In this document: positions 20,252 through 31,340 of the stretch, piece by piece
How the letters are laid out: each line of letters begins with the position of its first letter
Position numbering within the stretch: the first letter of the stretch is position 1
Source of the DNA: Gammaproteobacteria bacterium
Lineage (GTDB): Bacteria; Pseudomonadota; Gammaproteobacteria; Chromatiales; Chromatiaceae
Direction of reading: 5' to 3'
Assembly: GCA_020445255.1 (NCBI GenBank)
Contig: JAGRGY010000049.1
Span: 18,789 to 82,788 of the forward strand
DNA: 64,000 bases
The notes under the pieces: model-generated
What the model saw: the letters and a program-made list of their open reading frames with translations, nothing else
What the model was told of the DNA's origin: nothing
The model's database searches: none
Translations under genes and position numbers: made by a program

Positions 20252-23071
20252 GTGAGCGATCCCTTCATCGATGCCTGCGTCAAACACGACAGGAGCCTGC
20301 GCGGCCGGGTGAAACTCCTCGGCCGCCTGCTCGGCGATGTCATCAGCAGTCAGGCCGGGGGCGACGTGCTGCGAACCATCGAGCGGCTGCGCAAGGGCTT
20401 CCTGCAACTGCGCAAGCATCCCGACCCCGAACGCCTGGCGCGGCTTAAGAAGTTCATCGGTACGCTGTCACCCGATGCGCTGCGTCCGGTCATCCGCTCG
20501 TTCAGCATCTACTTCCAGCTCGTCAACGCCGCCGAGGAAAGCTACCAACATCGCCAGCGTCGCCATGTCGCGGCGAAAGGCGGCGTGCTGTGGAAGGGCT
20601 CGTTCGACGCGTGCCTGCGCGAACTGCGCAAAAAGGGTGTCACGCCTGATGAACTGCAGGACCTGTTCGAGGAAGTCCGCTACATGCCGGTCTTCACGGC
20701 CCATCCGACCGAGTCGAAGCGGCGCTCGATCATGCTGCAGATGCGGCGCATCTTCGAAACCATCGACGCACTCGATGCGCCGCCGACAGCGATCGATTAC
20801 CGCGAGATCCACACACGCCGGCTGCGCACCAACATCCAGACACTCTGGAAAACCGACGAGGTGCGCCCCTCGCGGCCCGATGTTCGGCACGAGATCCGCA
20901 TGGGCATGCACCACTTCAAGGGTGCGCTGTTCGATGCCATCCCGGTCGTATACCGCCGCCTCGAGGGTGCCATCCAGCGCGCCTATCACGATCACCCGGA
21001 TTTTCACGGCGTCGACGTGCCCGCGATGATCCGCTTTGGCAGCTGGATCGGCGGCGACCGCGACGGCAATCCGAACGTGACCGCCGACATCACCCGCGAG
21101 GCCATCCTGACCCAGCAGCAGACGATCCTGCAGGCCTACATCAGGCGCGTCGCCACGTTGGTCGGGGTGCTGACCCATTCGCAGGATTTCTGTACGCCGT
21201 CACCGGCATTCCTCGCCAGCCTGCGCGCCGACGACACCTACCGCGCCAACTTCGACGCCGACTGGCCGGCGCGTTTTCCCGAGGAACCCTACCGACGCAA
21301 GCTCTACATCATCGGTCTGCGCCTGCACCAAACCGAACGCCGCTGCATCGCGCGCCTGGAGGGTCGCGTGGATGACGGCGACACTGATGGCTATGCCAAT
21401 GAAGGCGAGTTCCTGCGCGACCTGGAGCTCATACGCGACTCGCTGATCAGCCATGGCGACGGCGACGCCGCCAATGCGGATCTGCTCGATCTCATCCGCC
21501 TCGTGCGCAGCTTCGGCTTCTACCTGGCGCGCCTGGACATCCGCCAGGAATCGACGGTACATACCGAGGCCGTCGCGGATATCCTCGCCTACCTCGGCAT
21601 CGAGGGGAACTACGAGGCGCTCGACGAGGCACAGCGTCTCGACCTGCTCGGGCGCCTGATCGAGAGCCCGCCCGAACTCCCCACGCGCGATGCGCTGGGT
21701 GACATGACGCGCGAAGTGCTTGCGGTGTTCGACGTCGTCGACGAGATGCAGCGGGTGATCAGCCCGCGCGTCATCGGCCGCTATGTCATCTCGATGGCGC
21801 ACCGCGCCTCGGACGTACTCAACGTGATGTTCCTGGCCACCCTGACCGGCCTTGCGGGACGGCAGGGCGAGCAGTTCGTCTGCCACATCGGCGTCTCGCC
21901 ATTGTTCGAGACGATTCACGATCTCGACCATATCGAACCGGTCATTTCCGAGCTGCTCGACCACACCGTGTACCAGCGCCTGCTGCAGAAGCACGGCAGC
22001 CTGCAGGAGGTGATGCTCGGCTATTCCGATTCGGCCAAGGACGGCGGCATCGTCGCCTCGGCCTGGCTGTTGTATCGCGCCCAGCGGAAGGTAATCGCGC
22101 TCGGCAAGGCGCGTGGCGTGCGCATCCGCCTGTTCCACGGCCGCGGCGGTACGATCGGCCGTGGCGGTGGTCCGACCCACGACGCTATCCTCTCTCAGCC
22201 CGCCGGCACCCTGCTCGGACAGATCAAGTTCACCGAACAGGGTGAGGTGCTGTCGTACAAGTACAGCAACCCCGAGACGGCGATCTATGAACTGACCATG
22301 GGACTGACCGGCGTCGTCACCGCGAGCACGACGATGATCCGCCCTGTCTCCGAAGAAAACGTCGAGTTCCTCGAAAATATGGCATTGCTGGCGGAGAAAG
22401 GCGAAGCGGCCTACCGCAATCTGACGGAATACACCCCCGGTTTCCTCGACTATTTCTACGAGGCGACCCCGGTGTCCGAAATCGGCATGCTGAATATCGG
22501 ATCGAGGCCCTCGCACCGCGCCAAGGGCGACCGCTCGAAATCATCGGTGCGCGCGATCGCCTGGGTGTTCGGCTGGGCGCAGGCCCGCCAGACGCTGCCA
22601 GCCTGGTACGGCCTCGGCGCGGCGCTGGAAGGATGCTGCAGCAACGAGAAGAAACGTTTGAAAACGCTGCGCCAGATGTATCGTCACTGGCCCTTCTTTC
22701 GCGCCCTGCTCAGCAACACGCAGATGGCGCTGGTCAAGTCACGCATGGACATCGCGCAGGAATACGCCGACCTGTGCCAGGACAGAGAGACGGGGCGGCG
22801 CGTGTTTGGCATGATCGAGGACGAGTTCGAGCGCACGGTCAAGTGGATTCGCAAGGTCGCCGAGATCGACGAACTGCTGGACGAGAACCCGCTGCTGAAG
22901 ACCTCGCTGGCGCGTCGCGACCCCTATCTCGATCCGCTCAATCACATCCAGCTGGAGCTGATCGAGCGCTACCGCAACCCTGAGACCCGTGACAGCGACC
23001 GCGAGGCCAGCCTCGACCCGCTGCTGCGTTCGATCAACGCGATTGCGGGCGGAATGCGCAACACGGGATGA
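20252..23071 (+). CDS. ppc: phosphoenolpyruvate carboxylase
   Basis: [37 protein letters not shown] and the C-terminal [11 protein letters not shown] at 20252 is preceded by GGGAG and is preferred over the tracked ATG at 20186. The gene is divergent from pgi. Confidence 0.95.
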   Translation: MSDPFIDACVKHDRSLRGRVKLLGRLLGDVISSQAGGDVLRTIERLRKGFLQLRKHPDPERLARLKKFIGTLSPDALRPVIRSFSIYFQLVNAAEESYQHRQRRHVAAKGGVLWKGSFDACLRELRKKGVTPDELQDLFEEVRYMPVFTAHPTESKRRSIMLQMRRIFETIDALDAPPTAIDYREIHTRRLRTNIQTLWKTDEVRPSRPDVRHEIRMGMHHFKGALFDAIPVVYRRLEGAIQRAYHDHPDFHGVDVPAMIRFGSWIGGDRDGNPNVTADITREAILTQQQTILQAYIRRVATLVGVLTHSQDFCTPSPAFLASLRADDTYRANFDADWPARFPEEPYRRKLYIIGLRLHQTERRCIARLEGRVDDGDTDGYANEGEFLRDLELIRDSLISHGDGDAANADLLDLIRLVRSFGFYLARLDIRQESTVHTEAVADILAYLGIEGNYEALDEAQRLDLLGRLIESPPELPTRDALGDMTREVLAVFDVVDEMQRVISPRVIGRYVISMAHRASDVLNVMFLATLTGLAGRQGEQFVCHIGVSPLFETIHDLDHIEPVISELLDHTVYQRLLQKHGSLQEVMLGYSDSAKDGGIVASAWLLYRAQRKVIALGKARGVRIRLFHGRGGTIGRGGGPTHDAILSQPAGTLLGQIKFTEQGEVLSYKYSNPETAIYELTMGLTGVVTASTTMIRPVSEENVEFLENMALLAEKGEAAYRNLTEYTPGFLDYFYEATPVSEIGMLNIGSRPSHRAKGDRSKSSVRAIAWVFGWAQARQTLPAWYGLGAALEGCCSNEKKRLKTLRQMYRHWPFFRALLSNTQMALVKSRMDIAQEYADLCQDRETGRRVFGMIEDEFERTVKWIRKVAEIDELLDENPLLKTSLARRDPYLDPLNHIQLELIERYRNPETRDSDREASLDPLLRSINAIAGGMRNTG

Positions 23072-23114
23072 CGTTTCCGCCCGTCTCTGCGTGCGGCGGG
23101 ACAGTCGGGGTGGC

Positions 23115-23960
23115 TCAGCGGGTCAGGTCGATGTTGTCGATCAGGCGGGCCTTGCCGAGATAGGCCGCGGCGAGCACCACCAGCCGCGCTTCACCCGGCT
23201 CCGGCTCGCCGAGATCATCGGATTTGCGGATCGCGACATAGTCGGGCCCAAAGCCGTTTTCCTCGAGTTCGCGAGTGGCCTGGACCTGCAGGCCAGCGTA
23301 ATCGTCGTCGCCCTCGCGCAGGCGCGCTGCAATGCCGCTGAGCACGCGGTGAAGCACCGGCGCGATGGCGCGCTCCTCGGTCGACAGGTAGCCGTTGCGC
23401 GAACTCATCGCAAGGCCGTCGGATTCACGCATCGTCTCGACCCCGACCACCCGCACCGGCATCGCCAGATCCTCGACCATGCGCCGGATCACCATCAGTT
23501 GCTGGAAGTCCTTCTTGCCGAACACGGCGATATCCGGCTGTACCATGTTGAACAACTTGCACACCACGGTGGAGACGCCGACGAAATGTCCGGGTCGACA
23601 GGCCCCGCACAGCAGGCTGGACAGGCCCGGCACTTCTACCCGCGTCTGCTGATCCTGCGGTTTCGCGTACATCACGTCGAGTGGAGGTGCGAACAACAGG
23701 TCAGTGCCCTCGCCTTCGAGCATCGCCATGTCGCGCTCCAGCGTGCGCGGATACTTTTCGAAGTCCTCACCAACACCAAACTGCAGCGGATTGACGAAGA
23801 TGCTGACGACGACACGGTCCGCCAGCTGCCGAGCCACGCGCACCAGCGACAGGTGACCTGCATGCAGATTGCCCATCGTCGGCACGAAGGCGACGTTGCC
23901 GCCACGGCGCCAGGATTCGACCTGCGCACGCAGCCCGCCGAGCTCGTCGATCGTGATCAC
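23115..23960 (-). CDS. panC: pantoate--beta-alanine ligase
   Basis: FVPTMGNLHAGHLSLV and IFVNPLQFG. The GTG start overlaps the panB stop in GTGA (23957-23960). Confidence 0.95.
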   Translation of the reverse strand: MITIDELGGLRAQVESWRRGGNVAFVPTMGNLHAGHLSLVRVARQLADRVVVSIFVNPLQFGVGEDFEKYPRTLERDMAMLEGEGTDLLFAPPLDVMYAKPQDQQTRVEVPGLSSLLCGACRPGHFVGVSTVVCKLFNMVQPDIAVFGKKDFQQLMVIRRMVEDLAMPVRVVGVETMRESDGLAMSSRNGYLSTEERAIAPVLHRVLSGIAARLREGDDDYAGLQVQATRELEENGFGPDYVAIRKSDDLGEPEPGEARLVVLAAAYLGKARLIDNIDLTR

Positions 23961-24754
23961 GAGAAGGAGTGTTCCACGGCCGGGAACTCGCCGCTTCGAA
24001 CCGCCGCGACGTACGCCGACAGCGCCCCCTGTACCGTGCCGGTGGCGGCAAGGAAATCGCGCACGAAACTGGGCGTGCCGTCGCTGGTGATGCCGAGCAT
24101 GTCGTACAGCACCAGCACCTGGCCGTCGACGTCGCCGCCGGCACCGATGCCGATGACGGGGATCTCGAGCGCCTGTGTGATCTCGGCGGCCAACACCGCC
24201 GGCACGCATTCGAGCACCAGCATCTGCGCACCCGCATGTTGCAGACCAACGGCGTCTTTCAGGATTCGCTCCGCGGCGTGCTCGCCGCGCCCCTGGACCT
24301 TGTACGAACCGAGCTGGTGGATCGACTGTGGCAGCAGCCCGAGATGACCGCAGACCGGCACCGCGCGTGCGGTCAGGTGGCGGACGGTGTCGAGCTGCGG
24401 CGCACCACCCTCGATCTTGACCATGTGCGCGCCGCCCTCTTTCATGAGTCGACCCGCGGTCATCAGTGCCTGCTCCGGCGTGGCGTGGCTCATGAAGGGC
24501 ATGTCCGCGATAACCATCGCGTGTTGGCTGGCGCGCATCACATTTGCCGTGTGATACACCATGTCGTCGACGGTCACCGGCAACGTGCTCTCATGCCCCT
24601 GGATCACCATACCGAGCGAGTCACCGACAAGAATCACGTCCATGCCCGCCATCTCGATCTGGCGCGTGAAACTGGCGTCGTAGCTCGTGATCACGGCGAT
24701 CTTCTCACCCGCGGATTTCATGCGGTTGAGCGTGCTGATCGTAGTCTTGCCCAC
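23957..24754 (-). CDS. panB: 3-methyl-2-oxobutanoate hydroxymethyltransferase
   Basis: KIAVITSYDASFTRQIEMAGMDVILVGDSLGMVIQG..., ADMPFMSH and VKIEGG. GTG at 24754 is preceded by GAGGAGG. The upstream part of the 620-aa tracked ORF is shadow. Confidence 0.93.
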   Translation of the reverse strand: MGKTTISTLNRMKSAGEKIAVITSYDASFTRQIEMAGMDVILVGDSLGMVIQGHESTLPVTVDDMVYHTANVMRASQHAMVIADMPFMSHATPEQALMTAGRLMKEGGAHMVKIEGGAPQLDTVRHLTARAVPVCGHLGLLPQSIHQLGSYKVQGRGEHAAERILKDAVGLQHAGAQMLVLECVPAVLAAEITQALEIPVIGIGAGGDVDGQVLVLYDMLGITSDGTPSFVRDFLAATGTVQGALSAYVAAVRSGEFPAVEHSFS

Positions 24755-24852
24755 ACGACCTCCTCGCCACCTGAACGACGTGGCATTCGTTGATTTCAGT
24801 GTATCCCCGGCGCCGGCGGCTGCAAACACCACGCTCGCGGGATTCGCCACGC

Positions 24853-25350
24853 TCAACCGTCGCGCAGCAGGCGCACGGTCGAACGGTCGACGGATTCGAG
24901 CAGCTCCCTGAGCGGGCCGTGTCCCGGGATGTCGATGTCGGGCGCAATCTCGCCGAGCGGCACCAGCACGAATGCCCGGCGATGCATCTCGGGATGCGGG
25001 ACGACGAGACGGCGTTCGACGATCCGACGCCCACCGTACAGCAACAGGTCGAGATCGAGCGTGCGCGGTCCCCAGTGCATATCGCGGCGCCTGCCCTGCG
25101 CCGCCTCGATGGACTGCAGGGCGTCCAGAAGATCGAGCGGAGCCAGCGTGGTGTGGAGACGGGCGACGGCGTTCACGTAATCGGGCTGCCCGGGTGGACC
25201 GAGCGGCGAAGAGCCATACAGTGACGAACGTGCATCCAACGACCCACCCGGCAAGCGGTCGAGCGCCTGCAGGGCCGATTCGACCTGGCGACGCGGATCG
25301 TGGAGGTTGCTGCCGAGGCCGATGTAGGCGGATTCGCCGCTGCCGTTCAT
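24853..25350 (-). CDS. folK: 2-amino-4-hydroxy-6-hydroxymethyldihydropteridine diphosphokinase
   Basis: AYIGLGSNL, RTLDLDLLLYG and LVVPHPEMHRRAFVLVPL. The ATG overlaps the pcnB stop in ATGA (25347-25350). Confidence 0.93.
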   Translation of the reverse strand: MNGSGESAYIGLGSNLHDPRRQVESALQALDRLPGGSLDARSSLYGSSPLGPPGQPDYVNAVARLHTTLAPLDLLDALQSIEAAQGRRRDMHWGPRTLDLDLLLYGGRRIVERRLVVPHPEMHRRAFVLVPLGEIAPDIDIPGHGPLRELLESVDRSTVRLLRDG

Positions 25351-26642
25351 TCCTGATCGGCCGCGGCCTCGCGTTTGCCGCCACGCCCACCGCGTCGGCG
25401 CCGACGCGGGCGGGTCGACCTGGGTTCCTCGGACACGGGCTCGGCGGTGCCTTCCTGGTATTGGCCCCACCATTCCGCGAGTGCAGGGTCCGCCTCTCCG
25501 GCCGAGGCGCGCAACGCGAGAAAATCGTACGCGGCGCGGAAACGTGGATGCGCCAGCAATCGCTGCGGCCGTTTGCCGCGGGTGAAATGGAAGCGCGACT
25601 GCAACACCCAGATCTCCTGCATCGGCGCACTGAAGCGGCGTGGCAGCGCGACGTGGGCAAGCTGACGCGACAGCACCTCGGCAGCCGACTGCTGAATCGC
25701 CTGCAGCGGCGCCACGCCGTGGGCCTGCAGGGCCTCGGTGCCCTGACGCACCGGCTCCCACAACAGCACCGCGAACAGGAACGCGGGGGTAACCGGTTTG
25801 TCCTCGCGCACCCGTGCATCGGTGTTCTCGAGGCCCTTGAGCACCAGCGTCAGCGGGAACTCGTGCTCGAGCCTCGCGAGGCAGACCTCTGTATCCGGGA
25901 ACAGGTGCCCGAACAGTCCGTACTGGCGCAGCTTCTCGAACGAACCGACCGCGGTGCCGGCGAGGAACAGCTTCAGCGTCTCCTCGAACAGTCGCGCCGG
26001 CGGGATGTCGCGCAGCAACGGCGCCAGCGCCGCAATCGGCGCCGCGGTCCGGTCGTCGATGCGAAAACCCAGCTTGGCTGCGAACCGGGCGGCGCGCAGC
26101 ATGCGGACCGGATCCTCGCGGTAGCGCGTCTCCGGATCGCCGAGCAGGCGCAGCACGCCATTTTGCAGATCGTCGACGCCGCTGGCGTAATCGACGATCG
26201 AGAAATCGGCGATGTTGTAGTACAGCGCATTGACCGAAAAATCGCGCCGCAGCGCGTCCTGCTCGATCGTGCCGTAGACGTTGTCTCGCAACAGCATTCC
26301 TTCGTCGGTCTGGTGCTGGTCGCCCTCGTCGGCCTCCTGGCCGGCGCGAAACGTCGCCACCTCGATGATCTCGCGCCCGAACTGTACGTGTGCCAGACGG
26401 AAGCGGCGCCCGATCAGGCGGCAGTTACGGAAAACCTGTTTGACCTGCTCGGGCCGTGCATCCGTGGCGACGTCGAAATCTTTCGGCTCACGACCCAGCA
26501 GCAGGTCGCGCACGCCGCCGCCGACCAGGTGGGCCTGAAATCCCGCCTCCTTGAGTCGGTACAGAACCTTGAGCGCATTCGGTGAGATGTTGGCGCGCGA
26601 AATCGAATGCTGGTCGCGCGCGATGACGACAGGACTGGTAAT
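25347..26642 (-). CDS. pcnB: poly(A) polymerase I; 5' end provisional (no canonical start codon available)
   Basis: LVGGGVRDLLLGREPKDFDVATDARPEQV..., RLIGRRFRLAHVQFG and the C-terminal basic tail. The conserved N-terminal residues VVIARDQHSISRANISPNALKVLYRLKEAGFQAHLVGGG lie upstream of the first ATG/GTG/TTG (GTG 26513). ATT at 26642 is taken as the provisional start. Confidence 0.85.
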   Translation of the reverse strand: MTSPVVIARDQHSISRANISPNALKVLYRLKEAGFQAHLVGGGVRDLLLGREPKDFDVATDARPEQVKQVFRNCRLIGRRFRLAHVQFGREIIEVATFRAGQEADEGDQHQTDEGMLLRDNVYGTIEQDALRRDFSVNALYYNIADFSIVDYASGVDDLQNGVLRLLGDPETRYREDPVRMLRAARFAAKLGFRIDDRTAAPIAALAPLLRDIPPARLFEETLKLFLAGTAVGSFEKLRQYGLFGHLFPDTEVCLARLEHEFPLTLVLKGLENTDARVREDKPVTPAFLFAVLLWEPVRQGTEALQAHGVAPLQAIQQSAAEVLSRQLAHVALPRRFSAPMQEIWVLQSRFHFTRGKRPQRLLAHPRFRAAYDFLALRASAGEADPALAEWWGQYQEGTAEPVSEEPRSTRPRRRRRGGRGGKREAAADQE

Positions 26643-26769
26643 GACCGGGTACCGATGGCTATTCCGTTGGACGATACCGAATGATACACGCGGGCGCTTG
26701 AAATTATCATGTGGCGCACCGCCCCCGGCGGCCCACCATCGCGGCCAGCCCGGGCCGGTCCGGTCCGGA

Positions 26770-27102
26770 TCAGTACTGCGAGGCCTCGATCAGGCTGCCC
26801 ATGACCTCGCTGAGGTTGCCGTCGGCATTCTCGACCGTGCAAACCAGATTGGCGACACTGCACACCGACATCTGATCACCCCGCACAATCCACCCTCCCG
26901 GTGGAGTCCAGCCGTTGAGGCCGGTGAACATCGACAACTGGTCGGCATTGCCCTGCACGATACGCTTGTATTCGTGCGCGAAGTGCGCGAGCGCCCCCAG
27001 TTCCTCGTCCGACATCACCCCGTACCCCTCGACGAACGCCCCGTCGTCGCGGAACCGGCACACGGCCATGACGCCATCGATTGCCAGAAGCCTCCTGATC
27101 AC
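26770..27102 (-). CDS. DUF2173-like small protein, paralog A
   Basis: The GTG start overlaps the stop of paralog B (GTGA at 27099-27102). The sequence LLAIDGVMAVCRFRDDGAFVEGYG...GGWIVRGDQMSVCSVANLVCTVEN is paralogous to the 27495..27851 product. Confidence 0.7.
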   Translation of the reverse strand: MIRRLLAIDGVMAVCRFRDDGAFVEGYGVMSDEELGALAHFAHEYKRIVQGNADQLSMFTGLNGWTPPGGWIVRGDQMSVCSVANLVCTVENADGNLSEVMGSLIEASQY

Positions 27103-27452
27103 CCGGCACCCCCGAGCTCGACGAGCGCGGCATAGGCCCCCTCGTAGTCGGCGCCGCTGTTGCCGACGACGACACCGAGGTTGCCACTGGTGATTGCCGA
27201 CCATTCCATCCCGATCAACGTAAAGCCGTTGATCGGGTAGAACCCCTTGCTTCCGGAGTTGGCCTCCCAACCGCGCGCCTGCATCGTCGCGATGGCATTG
27301 TTGGCCACACACATATGGGCCAGCAGATCCAGCGCCGATTCGTTCAGGGGCGAGCCATTGCGCAGCTCGTGCTGCTGCAATTCGCCACGGTCGTTCATGA
27401 CAAAGGCGGCCTGTGCGCCGGGAAGCGCCATGAGTTTGCTGAGATCGGTCAT
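27099..27452 (-). CDS. DUF2173-like small protein, paralog B (divergent, Cys motif lost)
   Basis: It begins MTDLSKLMALPGAQAAFVMNDRGELQQHEL... and has the same length and N-terminal pattern as A and C. The C-terminal motif is replaced by NGFTLIGMEWSAITSGNLGVVVGN. Confidence 0.7.
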   Translation of the reverse strand: MTDLSKLMALPGAQAAFVMNDRGELQQHELRNGSPLNESALDLLAHMCVANNAIATMQARGWEANSGSKGFYPINGFTLIGMEWSAITSGNLGVVVGNSGADYEGAYAALVELGGAG

Positions 27453-27494
27453 CCGGTGGTTCCCCCAGGGTGATAATTGGTATCGCTCATTCGA

Positions 27495-27851
27495 TCAGAC
27501 CAGGTCGTGCGATGCATCCGCGAGGCGCTTGCGCATCAGTGCGACGATGTTGTTCATCGATGCGTGCTGGTTGTCCATGAAGCAGAAAACGTTGGCCACA
27601 TTGCACACAGTGAAGGCCGGCCCTCGCACGATCCAGCCCTGCGGCGGACCGCCACCGCAGTCCGGACAATGTTGCTCGAGCATCCCGACCTGCATGTGCT
27701 CGCTCATCGTCGTCGCCCGGCACATGATCGACGCCATGCGCGCCATGTCGTCGTTGATCTGCCCCTTGTAGGTGAATCGATCTCCGCGGTAGGAATACTC
27801 CCCTGCCGCAATCACGCCTGGCATGCTGGCCAGTTCGGCTGCCACAGTCAT
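27495..27851 (-). CDS. DUF2173-like small protein, paralog C
   Basis: It begins MTVAAELASMPGVIAAGEYSYRGDRFTYKG and continues to HCPDCGGGPPQGWIVRGPAFTVCNVANVFCFMDN. It is the first gene of the three-gene minus-strand cluster. Confidence 0.7.
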   Translation of the reverse strand: MTVAAELASMPGVIAAGEYSYRGDRFTYKGQINDDMARMASIMCRATTMSEHMQVGMLEQHCPDCGGGPPQGWIVRGPAFTVCNVANVFCFMDNQHASMNNIVALMRKRLADASHDLV

Positions 27852-28256
27852 TGCTCTCTCCCCCTGATGGTTATGCTTTGGTTTTTGTCGTCGGCCGCGT
27901 TCGGCCCGGCGAGATTAGCATCCGCCTTGCGACGAATGCATCAGTGGATACGGGAAAACAAGCACTATCGCTAGCAAGGAACGCGCCCGTTCCAACCGTG
28001 GGGCCATTTTGGGTCGCAGGCCAGCGCCACCGCCGGGTGGGCAGGCAGCCTGGACAAGGAAAAACACGCCGAAACGGGCTGCATGGCCGCACCGAAAGGC
28101 TCACCACGCATGGCGGATCAGCACTGAAAAATGCAGACGATTGATTGCACGATGCAATCCTTCGGTACTGCAAGCTGCATTCCCTCCGCGTCCAGCGCCG
28201 CGACGAAATCGCTATAATCGCAGGCTTTTGAAGCTGTCGGGCGGACCCTTTCCCTC

Positions 28257-31094
<2,838 letters not shown>

Positions 31095-31340
31095 CGTGAA
31101 CTGAGCTGGCGAGCGGCCGCCGGCCCAATCGGTCGCACGCCGTTCGCCAACATCCGCACTGTCACCTGCACGTGGGTGACCGTGTGACACCCGATCACCG
31201 TTTCCGCACGTTCCCCCCAGAAGCCAGCCGGGCCGCGTACGCGACACGCAGTGATATCTCTTCTTCGCAAACCCCGATCCGTTTGCGATCCTGCTCAAAC
31301 GTACTGACCTCGAGCCACGTCTCGCGCTATCCGAAGAAGA

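Noticed and set aside
23957-25819. A 620-aa minus-strand ORF that looks like one giant gene spanning panB, folK and part of pcnB.
   Set aside because: Only the last 266 codons (from GTG 24754, with GAGGAGG upstream) are PanB. The upstream part is Arg/Pro-rich and overlaps folK and pcnB, which are clearly read in other frames.
28143-28218. An inverted repeat GATTGCA-cga-TGCAATC (28143-28159) and a perfect TATAAT hexamer (28213-28218) 38 nt upstream of the valS ATG.
   Set aside because: The TATAAT has no convincing -35 at 17-nt spacing (GTCCAG). The 7-bp repeat is too short to distinguish from chance. I kept them as notes rather than features, and TSS mapping would decide.
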